Under the pieces are notes generated by a model. That model made no database searches. It was not told where the DNA came from and worked only from the letters and a program-made list of their open reading frames with translations. A DNA stretch of 64,000 nucleotides from Thermoanaerobaculia bacterium. GTDB lineage: Bacteria > Acidobacteriota > Thermoanaerobaculia > UBA5066. Numbering within the stretch: the first letter of the stretch is position 1; each line of letters opens with the position of its first letter. Shown here piece after piece: positions 37,258-46,484 of the stretch. The stretch is from positions 347,936-411,935 of the forward strand of contig JASNYI010000002.1 in the NCBI GenBank assembly GCA_048500275.1, written 5' to 3'. Position numbers and translations under genes: made by a program.

Positions 37258-39662
37258 GCCGGCCTCCTGCGTGCGCCCTTCCTCCGGTCCGGGGAGGTTC
37301 CGCGCGGCTTTCTGGGTTTGGCGAGCGCCGTCTCGAGGACCTGCTCGGCGCGGTCGGCGAAGACGAACTTCAGGTCGCGGCGCAGGTCCTGGGGGATCTC
37401 CGCGAGGTCGCGCTCGTTGCGCGACGGCAGGAGGACCGTCGTGATCCCGGCCCGCCGGGCGGCGAGGGTCTTCTCCTTGATCCCTCCGATCGGGAGCACC
37501 TCTCCGCGGAGCGTGATCTCGCCCGTCATGGCGACGTCGCGCCGGACGGGGATTCCCGTGAAGGCGGAGACCATCGCCGTGAGCATCGTGACTCCGGCCG
37601 ACGGGCCGTCCTTCGGGATCGCCCCTTCAGGGACGTGGACGTGGACGTCGTGCGTCTCGAAGAAGCCGGGGGAGAGGCCCAGCTCCTTGGCGCGGGAACG
37701 CAGGAGCGTGAGCGCCGCCTGCGCCGACTCCTTCATCACGTCGCCGAGCTGCCCCGTGAGCTGGAGGCGGCCCTTCCCCTTCAGCGCGCGCGCCTCGACG
37801 ATGAGGACGTCGCCGCCGACGGCGGTCCAGGCGAGGCCCGTCGCCGCGCCGACCTCGTCGCGGGAGAGGGCCTCGTCGCTCCGGAACTTCGGGACGCCGA
37901 GGAGCTCGCGGACCAGGGCCGGGGTCATCTTCACGGGCTTCGTGTTCCCCGAGGCGAGACGGACCGCGACCTTCCGGCAGCAGCTGCCGATCTCGCGCTC
38001 GAGGTTCCGGAGGCCGGCCTCGCGCGTGTACTCCTCGACGACGGTGCGAAGGGCGTCCTCGGGAAAGGCGAAGCCCTTCTCCGTCAGGCCGTTCTCCTTC
38101 CGCTGCTTCGGCACGAGGTGGCGGCGCGCGATGGCGAGCTTCTCCTCGAGCGTGTAGCCAGAGAGCCGGATTACCTCCATCCGGTCGAGGAACGCGGGCT
38201 GGATCGTGTCGAGGATGTTCGCCGTCGTGATGAAGAGGACTTTCGAGAGGTCGTACGGGACCCCGAGGTAATGGTCCCGGAACGTCCGGTTCTGCTCGGG
38301 GTCGAGGACCTCGAGGAGCGCCGAGGACGGGTCGCCGCGGAAGTCGGCGCCGATCTTGTCGACCTCGTCGAGGATGAAGACGGGGTTCGACGTGGCGGCC
38401 TGGTTGATCCCCTGGACGATCCGTCCGGGGAGCGCGCCGACGTAGGTGCGCCGGTGCCCGCGGATCTCGGCCTCGTCGCGGACTCCGCCGAGCGACATCT
38501 GGACGAACTTCCGGTCGAGCGCCCGGGCGATGGACTTCCCGAGAGACGTCTTGCCGACTCCGGGAGGCCCGACGAAGCAGAGGATCGGTCCCTTGCTCTC
38601 CGGAGCGAGCTTCCTCACGGCGAGGAACTCGACGATCCGTTCCTTGATCTTCTCGAGGCCGAAGTGGTCCTCGTCGAGGATCGACCGGGCGCGGGCGAGG
38701 TCGAGGTTGTCGGGTGAAGAGATGCCCCAGGGGAGCCCGGTGATCCAGTCGAGGAACGTCCGGATCGTGGCGGTCTCGGCCGAGTCGGGATTCCCGCGCT
38801 CCAGCCGCTTGAGCTGCTTGTCGACCTCCTCGGTCGCCTCGGGCGGGAGGCTCTTGCCATCGAGCCGCTTCCTGTACTGCTCGACCTCCTCGGCGACGTC
38901 GTCGGTGACGCCGAGCTCCTGCTGGATCGCCTTCAGCTGCTGCCTCAGGAAGTACTCGCGCTGGTTCTTGTCGATCTCGCCGCGCGCCATCCCCGAGATC
39001 TCCTGCTGGACCGTCAGGACCCGGATCTCGCGGCGGAGGATCTCGAGGACCGCCTTCAGGCGGTCGAGGCCGGGGAGCGTCTCCAGGATCTTCTGCGCTT
39101 CGTCGAGCTTGAGGTCGAGGTTCGAGGCGGCGAGGTCGGCGAGGCGGGCCGGGTCGTCGAGGCCGGCCGCGACGAGCATCACCTCCGGCGAGATCGTCTT
39201 GCCGAGGCCCATCGCCTTCTCGAGACCTTCCTTGACGGCGCGAAGGAGGGCCTCGACCTCTTCCGATGCCGGCTGCGGGGGCTCGGGCTCGGCGATCCTC
39301 ACCGCCCGGGCCCGGAGGGACGGGCTCTCCTTCACGAACCCGTCGACCCGGACCCGGGAGAGCCCCTGGACGAGGAGCCGGATCCGCCCGTCGGGGAGCT
39401 TGAGCATTCGCATCACGGCGGCCGCCGTCCCGGTCTCGTAGAGGTCGGCGGGGCCGGGCTCCTCGACCGAGGGGTCCTTCTGGGCGAGGAGGAGGAGGAT
39501 GCGCTGCTCGGCCAGCGCCGCGTCCACGGCGGCGATCGACTTCTCCCTCGAGACGGAGAGCGGGACGATGACGTAGGGGAAGAGGACGACGTCCTTCAAC
39601 GGGAGGACCGGGAGGAGGTCCGGGATCTGAACGCTCTCGGCGCTCGCGGTCTCGTCCGCCAT
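37254..39662 (-). CDS. lon: ATP-dependent Lon protease
   Basis: LON N-terminal domain, AAA+ GPPGVGKTS, catalytic PKDGPSAG (Ser-Lys dyad). The start is taken at [10 protein letters not shown]; the upstream Arg-rich extension is rejected. Confidence 0.9.
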   Translation of the reverse strand: MADETASAESVQIPDLLPVLPLKDVVLFPYVIVPLSVSREKSIAAVDAALAEQRILLLLAQKDPSVEEPGPADLYETGTAAAVMRMLKLPDGRIRLLVQGLSRVRVDGFVKESPSLRARAVRIAEPEPPQPASEEVEALLRAVKEGLEKAMGLGKTISPEVMLVAAGLDDPARLADLAASNLDLKLDEAQKILETLPGLDRLKAVLEILRREIRVLTVQQEISGMARGEIDKNQREYFLRQQLKAIQQELGVTDDVAEEVEQYRKRLDGKSLPPEATEEVDKQLKRLERGNPDSAETATIRTFLDWITGLPWGISSPDNLDLARARSILDEDHFGLEKIKERIVEFLAVRKLAPESKGPILCFVGPPGVGKTSLGKSIARALDRKFVQMSLGGVRDEAEIRGHRRTYVGALPGRIVQGINQAATSNPVFILDEVDKIGADFRGDPSSALLEVLDPEQNRTFRDHYLGVPYDLSKVLFITTANILDTIQPAFLDRMEVIRLSGYTLEEKLAIARRHLVPKQRKENGLTEKGFAFPEDALRTVVEEYTREAGLRNLEREIGSCCRKVAVRLASGNTKPVKMTPALVRELLGVPKFRSDEALSRDEVGAATGLAWTAVGGDVLIVEARALKGKGRLQLTGQLGDVMKESAQAALTLLRSRAKELGLSPGFFETHDVHVHVPEGAIPKDGPSAGVTMLTAMVSAFTGIPVRRDVAMTGEITLRGEVLPIGGIKEKTLAARRAGITTVLLPSRNERDLAEIPQDLRRDLKFVFADRAEQVLETALAKPRKPRGTSPDRRKGARRRPA

Positions 39663-39667
39663 CTCGC

Positions 39668-40081
39668 TCACTTCTTCTCGCCGATCCGGCCCGGGCGGAT
39701 CGGGATCGTCCGCCGTCGCGTGGCCGGGCGGCGCGGGATCTCGAGCGTCAGGAGGCCCTCGGAGTAGGACGCCGTCCCACCGTCGGGGTCGGGCTCGTCG
39801 GGCAGCTCCACGAGGCGCTCGAACGGGCCGGCGGCCCTCTCGACGCAGAGGAAGGTCCCGTGCGAGCGATCCGTCGGACGCCGCTCGCCGCGCACGACGA
39901 CGATCCGACCGGCGACGTCCACCCTCACGGTCTGGGGATCGGTCCCCGGGATCTCGAAGACCAGGCGCCAGCCGCGCGCGTCCTCGACGACGTCGACGGG
40001 GGGGAGGTGCGGCGCCGGCGTGCCCGGGTCTCCCGCGCCGGGGCCGAAGGCCCAGCGGGCCGGTGGGCGTCCTTTCGTCAT
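39668..40081 (-). CDS. Hsp20/alpha-crystallin family small heat-shock protein
   Basis: Alpha-crystallin domain (WRLVFEIPG...GLLTLEIP), about 137 aa. The upstream part of the parent ORF is rejected. Confidence 0.7.
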   Translation of the reverse strand: MTKGRPPARWAFGPGAGDPGTPAPHLPPVDVVEDARGWRLVFEIPGTDPQTVRVDVAGRIVVVRGERRPTDRSHGTFLCVERAAGPFERLVELPDEPDPDGGTASYSEGLLTLEIPRRPATRRRTIPIRPGRIGEKK

Positions 40082-40557
40082 CGGCTCCTCCGCGCGGGGT
40101 CGCGCACGTCGGAAAGGAGGGTCTCGATCTCCTCGACGAAGTCTCCCGCGTCCTCGAAGCGCCGGTAGACGGACGCAAACCGCACGAAGGCGACCTGGTC
40201 CACTTCCTTGAGGCGCTCCATGAGGTGCGCGCCGATCTCCCGGGTCTTCAGCTCGCGGGGCTCGCGCGTGGGGAAGAGCCCCTCCACCTCGTCGCAGAGC
40301 GCCTCGAGGCGGGACGGCTCCACGGGCCGCTTCTCGCACGCCCGGCGGAGGCCGCGGAGGATCTTCGCGCGGTCGAACTCCTCCCGCCGCCCGTCGCTCT
40401 TGACGACGACGAGGGGCGCCTCCTCGACGCGCTCGTAGGACGTGAACCGGCGCTGGCAGGCGAGGCACTCCCGTCTCCTGCGGATGACCTCTCCCTCCCG
40501 GCTCTCGCGGGAGTCGACGACCCGGTCGGCGACACCGCCGCAGAAGGGGCACTTCAC
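40078..40557 (-). CDS. nrdR: Transcriptional repressor NrdR
   Basis: MKCPFCG zinc ribbon and ATP-cone domain. Confidence 0.9.
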   Translation of the reverse strand: MKCPFCGGVADRVVDSRESREGEVIRRRRECLACQRRFTSYERVEEAPLVVVKSDGRREEFDRAKILRGLRRACEKRPVEPSRLEALCDEVEGLFPTREPRELKTREIGAHLMERLKEVDQVAFVRFASVYRRFEDAGDFVEEIETLLSDVRDPARRSR

Positions 40558-41627
40558 GCGGAGAGACTACTCCCGCCCGGGGCGGGGCCGGAGGGGGGCG
40601 CGGCGAGACGCCGGAGCGTCAGGCCGCTGCCGGCGAGGAAGCCGACGCCCAGCAGGGTGACCGGGACGAACGCGACGGCGTGCGTGACGAGCGCGGTCGC
40701 GGCGGCCGGCGCGGCGGCGACGCCGTAGAAGCCCGTGAGGGAATAGGCGACCGCCGCGTGGTACCCGCCGACGCCCCCCGGGGTCGGGACGGCCAGGCCG
40801 AGGACGGCCCAGGTCAGGACGAAGAACGACGCGGGGAAGGGGAGGACGACGTCGAACGCCCGCATGACAGCGTGGAACTGGAGGGCGTTGAGAAGCCACA
40901 TCGCGACCGACGAGACGGTCATCACGGCCGCGTCCTCGCCCGTCCGGATCGACGCGAGGCCGCCCAGAAAGGAGCGGAGGAGGCCGACGACGCGCGGGGC
41001 GAACCGGGAGGGGAGGAGGCGCCCGAGAGGCTCGAGGACCTTCTCGGCCAGGTGCGGCCGCGCGGCCAGGAGCGCCAGGGCGCCGAAGACGGCGAGCGTC
41101 CCCGCGCCGACGACGAACGCGGAGCGCCGGAGGAGCTCGAGCCGCCCGTGGGCCTCCGGCGAGAGATCGGCGGGCGCCCAGCCGCCGGCGGCGTAGGCCA
41201 CGAAAAGGAGGACGACCACGACGAGGTCGATGAGCCGCTCCACGGCGATCGAGGCGAGGGACGGCGCGAAGGGAAGGCCGGTCTGCCGGGAGAGGACGGC
41301 CGGGCGGACGATCTCCCCGGCCCGCGCCGGAAGGAGGACCGTGGCGGCGAAGCCGATGCAGGTCGCCGAAAAAGCGTCGCGCTGGGGGATCCGCTGAGCG
41401 TGGTGGAGGAGCCTCGTCCAGCGCCAGGAGCGGTGCGGGAGGTTTGCGAGCGTGATCGCGAGGGCGAAGGCGAGCCAGCCCGGGTGGGCGGCGGAGATCG
41501 TCCTCCCGAGCTCGGCCAGGTCGAGGTTGCGGAAGAAGAGCCAGAGGAGGAAGGCCGCGAGCCCCAGGGAGACGGCGATGCGGAGCGCGTTCGCGGCGGC
41601 CTTCGGCACCCGCGCATGGTAAAGCAC
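40554..41627 (-). CDS. Flippase-like membrane protein (UPF0104 / MprF-like lysylphosphatidylglycerol synthase TM domain family)
   Basis: About 8 TM helices; family-typical N-terminal region LWLFFRNLDL. Confidence 0.65.
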   Translation of the reverse strand: MLYHARVPKAAANALRIAVSLGLAAFLLWLFFRNLDLAELGRTISAAHPGWLAFALAITLANLPHRSWRWTRLLHHAQRIPQRDAFSATCIGFAATVLLPARAGEIVRPAVLSRQTGLPFAPSLASIAVERLIDLVVVVLLFVAYAAGGWAPADLSPEAHGRLELLRRSAFVVGAGTLAVFGALALLAARPHLAEKVLEPLGRLLPSRFAPRVVGLLRSFLGGLASIRTGEDAAVMTVSSVAMWLLNALQFHAVMRAFDVVLPFPASFFVLTWAVLGLAVPTPGGVGGYHAAVAYSLTGFYGVAAAPAAATALVTHAVAFVPVTLLGVGFLAGSGLTLRRLAAPPSGPAPGGSSLSA

Positions 41628-41662
41628 GGCACGGCCGCCCCCCTGTCGTATAAAGGTCTCCC

Positions 41663-42640
41663 GTGACGGACCTCCTGCGCGTCTACCACGATCCGATCGT
41701 CCTCACGCACGGGACGGGCGCTTTCCATCCCGAGAGGCCGGAGCGCGTCGCGGCGGTCGTCGAGGCCCTCGAGGCCGACGGCCTGGCGGTTTGCGGTCCG
41801 CCGACTCCCGAGCGGGCGCTCGGCTCGCTCGCTCTCGTCCACGACCCGGCTTACGTCGAGCGGTTTCGGGAGGCCGCGTCGCTCGGGCCCGCGGAGCCGG
41901 ATCGGCCCTTCACCCTTTTCGACTCTCCCGACAACCCCATGTCGCGCTCCACCTTCGACGTCTCGGTGCGGACGGCGGGGCTCCTCCTTTCGGCTGTCGA
42001 CGACGTCGTGGCGGGGAGGGCGAGGAGGGGCTTCGTCGTGACCCGGCCCCCGGGCCACCACGCGCGGGCCTCCGAGGCGATGGGCTTCTGCTTCCTCAAC
42101 GCGGTGGCGGTCGCGGCCCGCGACGCCCAGCGGAGGCACGGCGTCGGGCGGGTCCTCGTGGCGGATTTCGACGTCCACCACGGAAACGGGACCCAGGAGA
42201 CGTTCTGGGAGGACGGCAGCGTGGCCTACCTCTCGGTTCACCGGTATCCCTTCTATCCCGGGACGGGCGGCCGGGACGAGACGGGCTCCGGGAGGGGGCT
42301 CGGCCGCACGGTGAACGTCCCGCTTCCCGCGGGTGCGGGAGACGAGGCCTACGCCGGGGGATTCGAGGCGGCGCTCGAGAGGCTCCTACGCCTCTTCCGG
42401 CCCGACCTCGTCCTCGTGAGCGCCGGTTTCGACGCCCACCACCGGGACCCGCTCGGCGGGATGAGGGTCTCGGCCGAAGGGTATGCGCGCCTGACCCGGG
42501 CCCTGGCGGAGGCGGCCGACACCTTCGCCGGGGGGCGCCTCGTTTCGGTCCTGGAAGGGGGGTACGATCCGTCCGGCACGGCCGAGGGGGCCCTCGCCCA
42601 CGCCCGCGTCCTGGCCCCGGACCGCGAACCCTCGCATTGA
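41663..42640 (+). CDS. Histone deacetylase-family protein (acetoin utilisation AcuC / acetylpolyamine amidohydrolase-like)
   Basis: HDAC-fold motifs RPPGHHA, DxDVHHGNGTQ and GGYD. Confidence 0.85.
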   Translation: MTDLLRVYHDPIVLTHGTGAFHPERPERVAAVVEALEADGLAVCGPPTPERALGSLALVHDPAYVERFREAASLGPAEPDRPFTLFDSPDNPMSRSTFDVSVRTAGLLLSAVDDVVAGRARRGFVVTRPPGHHARASEAMGFCFLNAVAVAARDAQRRHGVGRVLVADFDVHHGNGTQETFWEDGSVAYLSVHRYPFYPGTGGRDETGSGRGLGRTVNVPLPAGAGDEAYAGGFEAALERLLRLFRPDLVLVSAGFDAHHRDPLGGMRVSAEGYARLTRALAEAADTFAGGRLVSVLEGGYDPSGTAEGALAHARVLAPDREPSH

Positions 42641-42764
42641 CAGGGCTTTGGGCCGCTCCTAGAATCTCTGCAAACGAACGCACGCTCTCAAAGTTCCCGG
42701 ACTGTTCCGCGAGGTGGCCGGAAACCGTGAACCTGAGACCTCGTGAGCCTGGGGAGGAAGACTG

Positions 42765-44447
42765 ATGAAGCTCAACGCTCTGGTCCTTCCGGTGACGGCG
42801 GCGATCCTCCTGACGCTTGGAGCGCCCGCGTTCGCGGACTGCCCGACCGAAGGGTGCCCCGCACAGACCGTCGGGACGATCGAGCTCCCGGCGGAGGGAG
42901 CGCTCGTCTCGGGCTACGTCCGCGTGGCCGGCTTCGCGCTGAACGGGAGCCTCGTCTCGAACGTCGACCTCTATATCGACGGCACGGAGGAGGTCAACCG
43001 GGTCACGCCGGCGGGCGGCGCGAACATCAACCTGCCCCGGCCGGACGTCATGCAGGCCTTCCCGCAGTACGCGGGGACGCCGGGCGACGCCCCCGGCTTC
43101 GAGATGTCGTTCCGCGCGGCGAATTACTCGAACGGAACGCACAAGCTCTACGTCCGGATCACCGACGTCACCGGCTGCTGCTACTTCCTCGCGCCGCGGA
43201 CGATCCGGATCGACAACTCGCGGAACCAGCCGCCGTTCGGGGTCGTCGACGTGCCGCTGCCCGACTCCTCCGTCCACGCCAACGGTGTCCTCGCCGTCGC
43301 GGGGTGGGCGCTCGACGACCGGCGCGTCGAGCACGTCGACGTCTTCATCGACGGGCGTCTCGAGCGGGAGGCGGTCCTCGGCATCAACCGCCCCGACGTC
43401 GCGGCCTACTACCCCAACGTCCCGGGCGCGACGAGCTCCGGCTTCCTGATCTTCATCGACTCCACGCGCCTGACGAACGGCGTCCACACCCTGACCGTCC
43501 GGGCCACGGATGACCAGGGCCAGCAGGGGCTCCTCGGCACGCGGCGCTTCCAGGTCTTCAACAACGCGCCGAACCTCCCGCCGTTCGGCGAGGTCGAGCA
43601 CCCGCTCCTCCAGGCCACCTGGTTCGGGAACTGCCTTCGTCTCCCGGGCGGGCCGTCCGGCGGCGAGATCCGCGACACCCGCTACATCATGTTCGTCTCG
43701 GGGTGGGCGCTCGACACGTCGATCTATGCCGAGCGCGGGGGCGTCTCCCACGTCTTCCTCGAGATGGACGGCGTCGTCCTGAAGGACAGCCGCGGCGCCT
43801 TCGGCACCCTCGGCTGCCGTCGGGAGCTGAACCTCAACAACGCCCTCATCGACTGCTACGGCTTCTACCGGCCCGACGTGAACATCTTCTACCCCGGCTT
43901 CCCGCAGTCGGCGAACTCGGGCTTCTTCTTCGCGGTCGACGTGGGCTACCTCCTTACGGACCAGGGGTTCAAGGAGGGGAACCACATGCTCCAGGTCAAG
44001 GCGGCCGACAAGGAGGACAACGTCACCCTCCTCAAGGAGCTGCCGATCAACATCGAGTGCGCCACGCAGAACCTCGACCCGCCGCCGCTCGGCTACGTCG
44101 ACAGCCCGGCGAACTACGAGTTCGTGGGCGGGATCTTCCCGGTGTTCGGGTGGGCCCTCGACCTCGACGGCGTCGTCCGCGTGAGGGTCCTCATCAACGG
44201 CGTCCCGCAGGTCGACGCCGTCACCGGCCACGACTACGCCGAGTACGGGCTCCCGAGCCCCGACGTCTCCGCGATCTACCCGAACTACCCGCAGCGCTCC
44301 AACGCCCGCTGGCGCTTCTACCTCGACACGACCAAGCTCGCGAACTCGGAGCACGACATGCTCGTCGAGGTCATCGACGGGCGCGGCAACTACCGCTCGG
44401 CCGGCACGCGCCGCTTCATCGTCAACAACAACACGCTCGTCCGCTGA
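42765..44447 (+). CDS. Secreted protein composed of four tandem ~130-aa repeats (unknown fold)
   Basis: Signal peptide. Four repeats share G(W/F)ALD...V..VDV.IDG.....NRPDV...YP....SGF......L.NG.H.L.VRA.D..G...G.RRF.V.NN. Confidence 0.8.
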   Translation: MKLNALVLPVTAAILLTLGAPAFADCPTEGCPAQTVGTIELPAEGALVSGYVRVAGFALNGSLVSNVDLYIDGTEEVNRVTPAGGANINLPRPDVMQAFPQYAGTPGDAPGFEMSFRAANYSNGTHKLYVRITDVTGCCYFLAPRTIRIDNSRNQPPFGVVDVPLPDSSVHANGVLAVAGWALDDRRVEHVDVFIDGRLEREAVLGINRPDVAAYYPNVPGATSSGFLIFIDSTRLTNGVHTLTVRATDDQGQQGLLGTRRFQVFNNAPNLPPFGEVEHPLLQATWFGNCLRLPGGPSGGEIRDTRYIMFVSGWALDTSIYAERGGVSHVFLEMDGVVLKDSRGAFGTLGCRRELNLNNALIDCYGFYRPDVNIFYPGFPQSANSGFFFAVDVGYLLTDQGFKEGNHMLQVKAADKEDNVTLLKELPINIECATQNLDPPPLGYVDSPANYEFVGGIFPVFGWALDLDGVVRVRVLINGVPQVDAVTGHDYAEYGLPSPDVSAIYPNYPQRSNARWRFYLDTTKLANSEHDMLVEVIDGRGNYRSAGTRRFIVNNNTLVR

Positions 44448-44471
44448 CGGAACGCGCACCCCCGCTCTTCC

Positions 44472-44506
44472 GCCGGCCCCGCCATCGCGCGGGGCCGGCT
44501 TTTTCT
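44472..44506 (+). terminator. Rho-independent terminator after the repeat-protein gene
   Basis: gccggccccgc-catcgc-gcggggccggc followed by TTTTTCT. Confidence 0.65.
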
Positions 44507-44583
44507 CGGGGCCGCCTTCCCGTCGCAGCCAGACGGCGGACGGGCGCGACGGGAAGGTCCGGCTCGCGCCGCTCCGGGAGGAC

Positions 44584-45507
44584 GTGATGGAACGGAGCCT
44601 TCGGCAGCGCCTGCGGATGCTGCGCCACGAGTACGACCTCGGGCGGGGCGCCGGCGGGAGCCGGCTCCAGGGGCTGAGGCACGCCGCGTTCTCGGTCTGG
44701 GCCGACTGCGTCCGGAGGAGCCGGCCGCTCGCGTGCGACTGGAACGCGCTCACGGAGGCGGACCTGTGCCCGCACGACGAGGTCCGGACGATCCGGTTCG
44801 TCCCGCGGCTCATCGTCCGCTGCCGCCGCTGCGGCGTGGCCTTCGCGACGCGGCGCGACGACCTCTCCACGGCGACGGAGAGGCACGACGGCGACTACTT
44901 CCGGGCGAACAGGGACTTCGTCTACCCCGACGGGAAGCCGGACGTCTTCAGCTACGTCATGCCGCGCACCCTCTTCTTCCTGGCCCTCGGCATGTACGCC
45001 TTCCGGCCCCGGAACCGCAGGGCCCTCGACGTCGGCTGCGGAATCGGGATCATGGTCCACTACCTCCGCTTCCTCGGGTTCGACGCGGAGGGGGTCGAGA
45101 TCTCCGAGTGGGGCGTGGAGTACGCCCGCCGGGAACTCGGGCTCGAGAGGGTCCGTCGCGGCACGGTGCAGGAGGCGGCCTACCCGGCGGCGTCCTTCAG
45201 CCTCGTGACGCTGGTCCACGTCGTCGAGCACCTCGACGACCCGGTGCCCGTGCTCCGGGAGGTCTTCCGGATCCTCGAGCCGGGCGGCCTCGTCTACGTC
45301 GAGCTGCCGTGCTCCGAGCGCGACCCGTCCGACTACTACATCGACGACCACTTCTGGTTCTACAGCCCCGACTCGCTGAAGCGGCTCCTGTCGTGCGTCG
45401 GGTTCCGGGACGTTCGCGTGGGGGAGGGGACGTTCGCTCCGCACCTGCACCACGTTCCGTTCCTGTTCGCCGCGGGCACGCGGCCGGCGGACGCTCCACC
45501 CGCGTGA
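44584..45507 (+). CDS. Class I SAM-dependent methyltransferase with an N-terminal Cys4 zinc-ribbon-like segment
   Basis: C-x10-C-x17-CxxC preceding the SAM motif I LDVGCGIGIM and the post-I acidic residue. Confidence 0.7.
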   Translation: MMERSLRQRLRMLRHEYDLGRGAGGSRLQGLRHAAFSVWADCVRRSRPLACDWNALTEADLCPHDEVRTIRFVPRLIVRCRRCGVAFATRRDDLSTATERHDGDYFRANRDFVYPDGKPDVFSYVMPRTLFFLALGMYAFRPRNRRALDVGCGIGIMVHYLRFLGFDAEGVEISEWGVEYARRELGLERVRRGTVQEAAYPAASFSLVTLVHVVEHLDDPVPVLREVFRILEPGGLVYVELPCSERDPSDYYIDDHFWFYSPDSLKRLLSCVGFRDVRVGEGTFAPHLHHVPFLFAAGTRPADAPPA

Positions 45508-46484
45508 CGGGCCGCCTCCCGGAGCCGCTGCGCCGGCTCGCCCGTCGGATCGTGCCGCTCCCCGTGCGGCTCGCGCTGAAGAGGCGACGGGGCGCCGCCG
45601 AGGTGTGGAGCGAGGCGCCCGCGCCCGTCGTTCCCGGCCGTGAGCTCCACTGGACGCAGCTCGCCGCGGTGCGCGAGCACGTCAACCGCCGCGTCTCGGG
45701 AGACCCGGCGGTCGACCCCTACATGAACTTCCTGCGGACGCGGCTCGGGGGACGACTTCCCGTCGGCAGGGCCCTGACGATCGGCTGCGGCGAGGGGGCG
45801 CTCGAGCGCGGGCTCGCCGCGCACGGCTTTGCCGAGCGCCACGACGCCGTCGACATCGCCGCGGGGGCCGTCGAGCGCGCCGCGGCCGCGGCGCGGGAGG
45901 CGGGGCTCGACCACCTCCGGTACGGCGTCGCCGACGCGAACCGGCTCCGCCTCGAGCCGGCGTCCTTCGACATCGTCCTCGGGGTGCAGGCGGTCCACCA
46001 CGTCGAGAGGCTCGAGCACCTCTTCGGCCAGGTGGCGAAGGCGCTCCGGCCGGACGGCTTCCTCTTCCTCGACGAGTTCGTCGGTCCGAGCCGGTTCCAG
46101 TGGACGGAGCGTCAGCTCGAGGTCGTCGACGGGCTGCTGCGCGCCCTCCCCGCCGGCCTTCGCCGGAGCCTCGTCGACGGCTCCGTCCGCGGGAGGGCGC
46201 GACGGCCGTCGGTGGCGGAGGTGATCGCCACGGACCCCTCCGAGGCGGTCCGCTCCTCGGAGATCCTCGCGGTCGCGTCGGAGTTCTTCGAGATCCTCGA
46301 GGTGCGGCCGTACGGCGGCACCGTTCTCCAGGTCCTCCTCGACGACATCGCAGGGAACTTCGCGCGGCCCGGGTCGGGCGGCCGGGAGATCCTCGACGCG
46401 ATCGCCGGCCTCGAGTGGGCGCTGATCGAGGCAGGAGACCTGCAGAGCGATTTCGCGGTCGTGGTCGCCAGGGCGAAGGGCTAA
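45504..46484 (+). CDS. Class I SAM-dependent methyltransferase
   Basis: Motif I LTIGCGEGAL; Methyltransf_11/12-like. The GTG start overlaps the preceding stop (GTGA). Confidence 0.65.
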   Translation: MTGRLPEPLRRLARRIVPLPVRLALKRRRGAAEVWSEAPAPVVPGRELHWTQLAAVREHVNRRVSGDPAVDPYMNFLRTRLGGRLPVGRALTIGCGEGALERGLAAHGFAERHDAVDIAAGAVERAAAAAREAGLDHLRYGVADANRLRLEPASFDIVLGVQAVHHVERLEHLFGQVAKALRPDGFLFLDEFVGPSRFQWTERQLEVVDGLLRALPAGLRRSLVDGSVRGRARRPSVAEVIATDPSEAVRSSEILAVASEFFEILEVRPYGGTVLQVLLDDIAGNFARPGSGGREILDAIAGLEWALIEAGDLQSDFAVVVARAKG

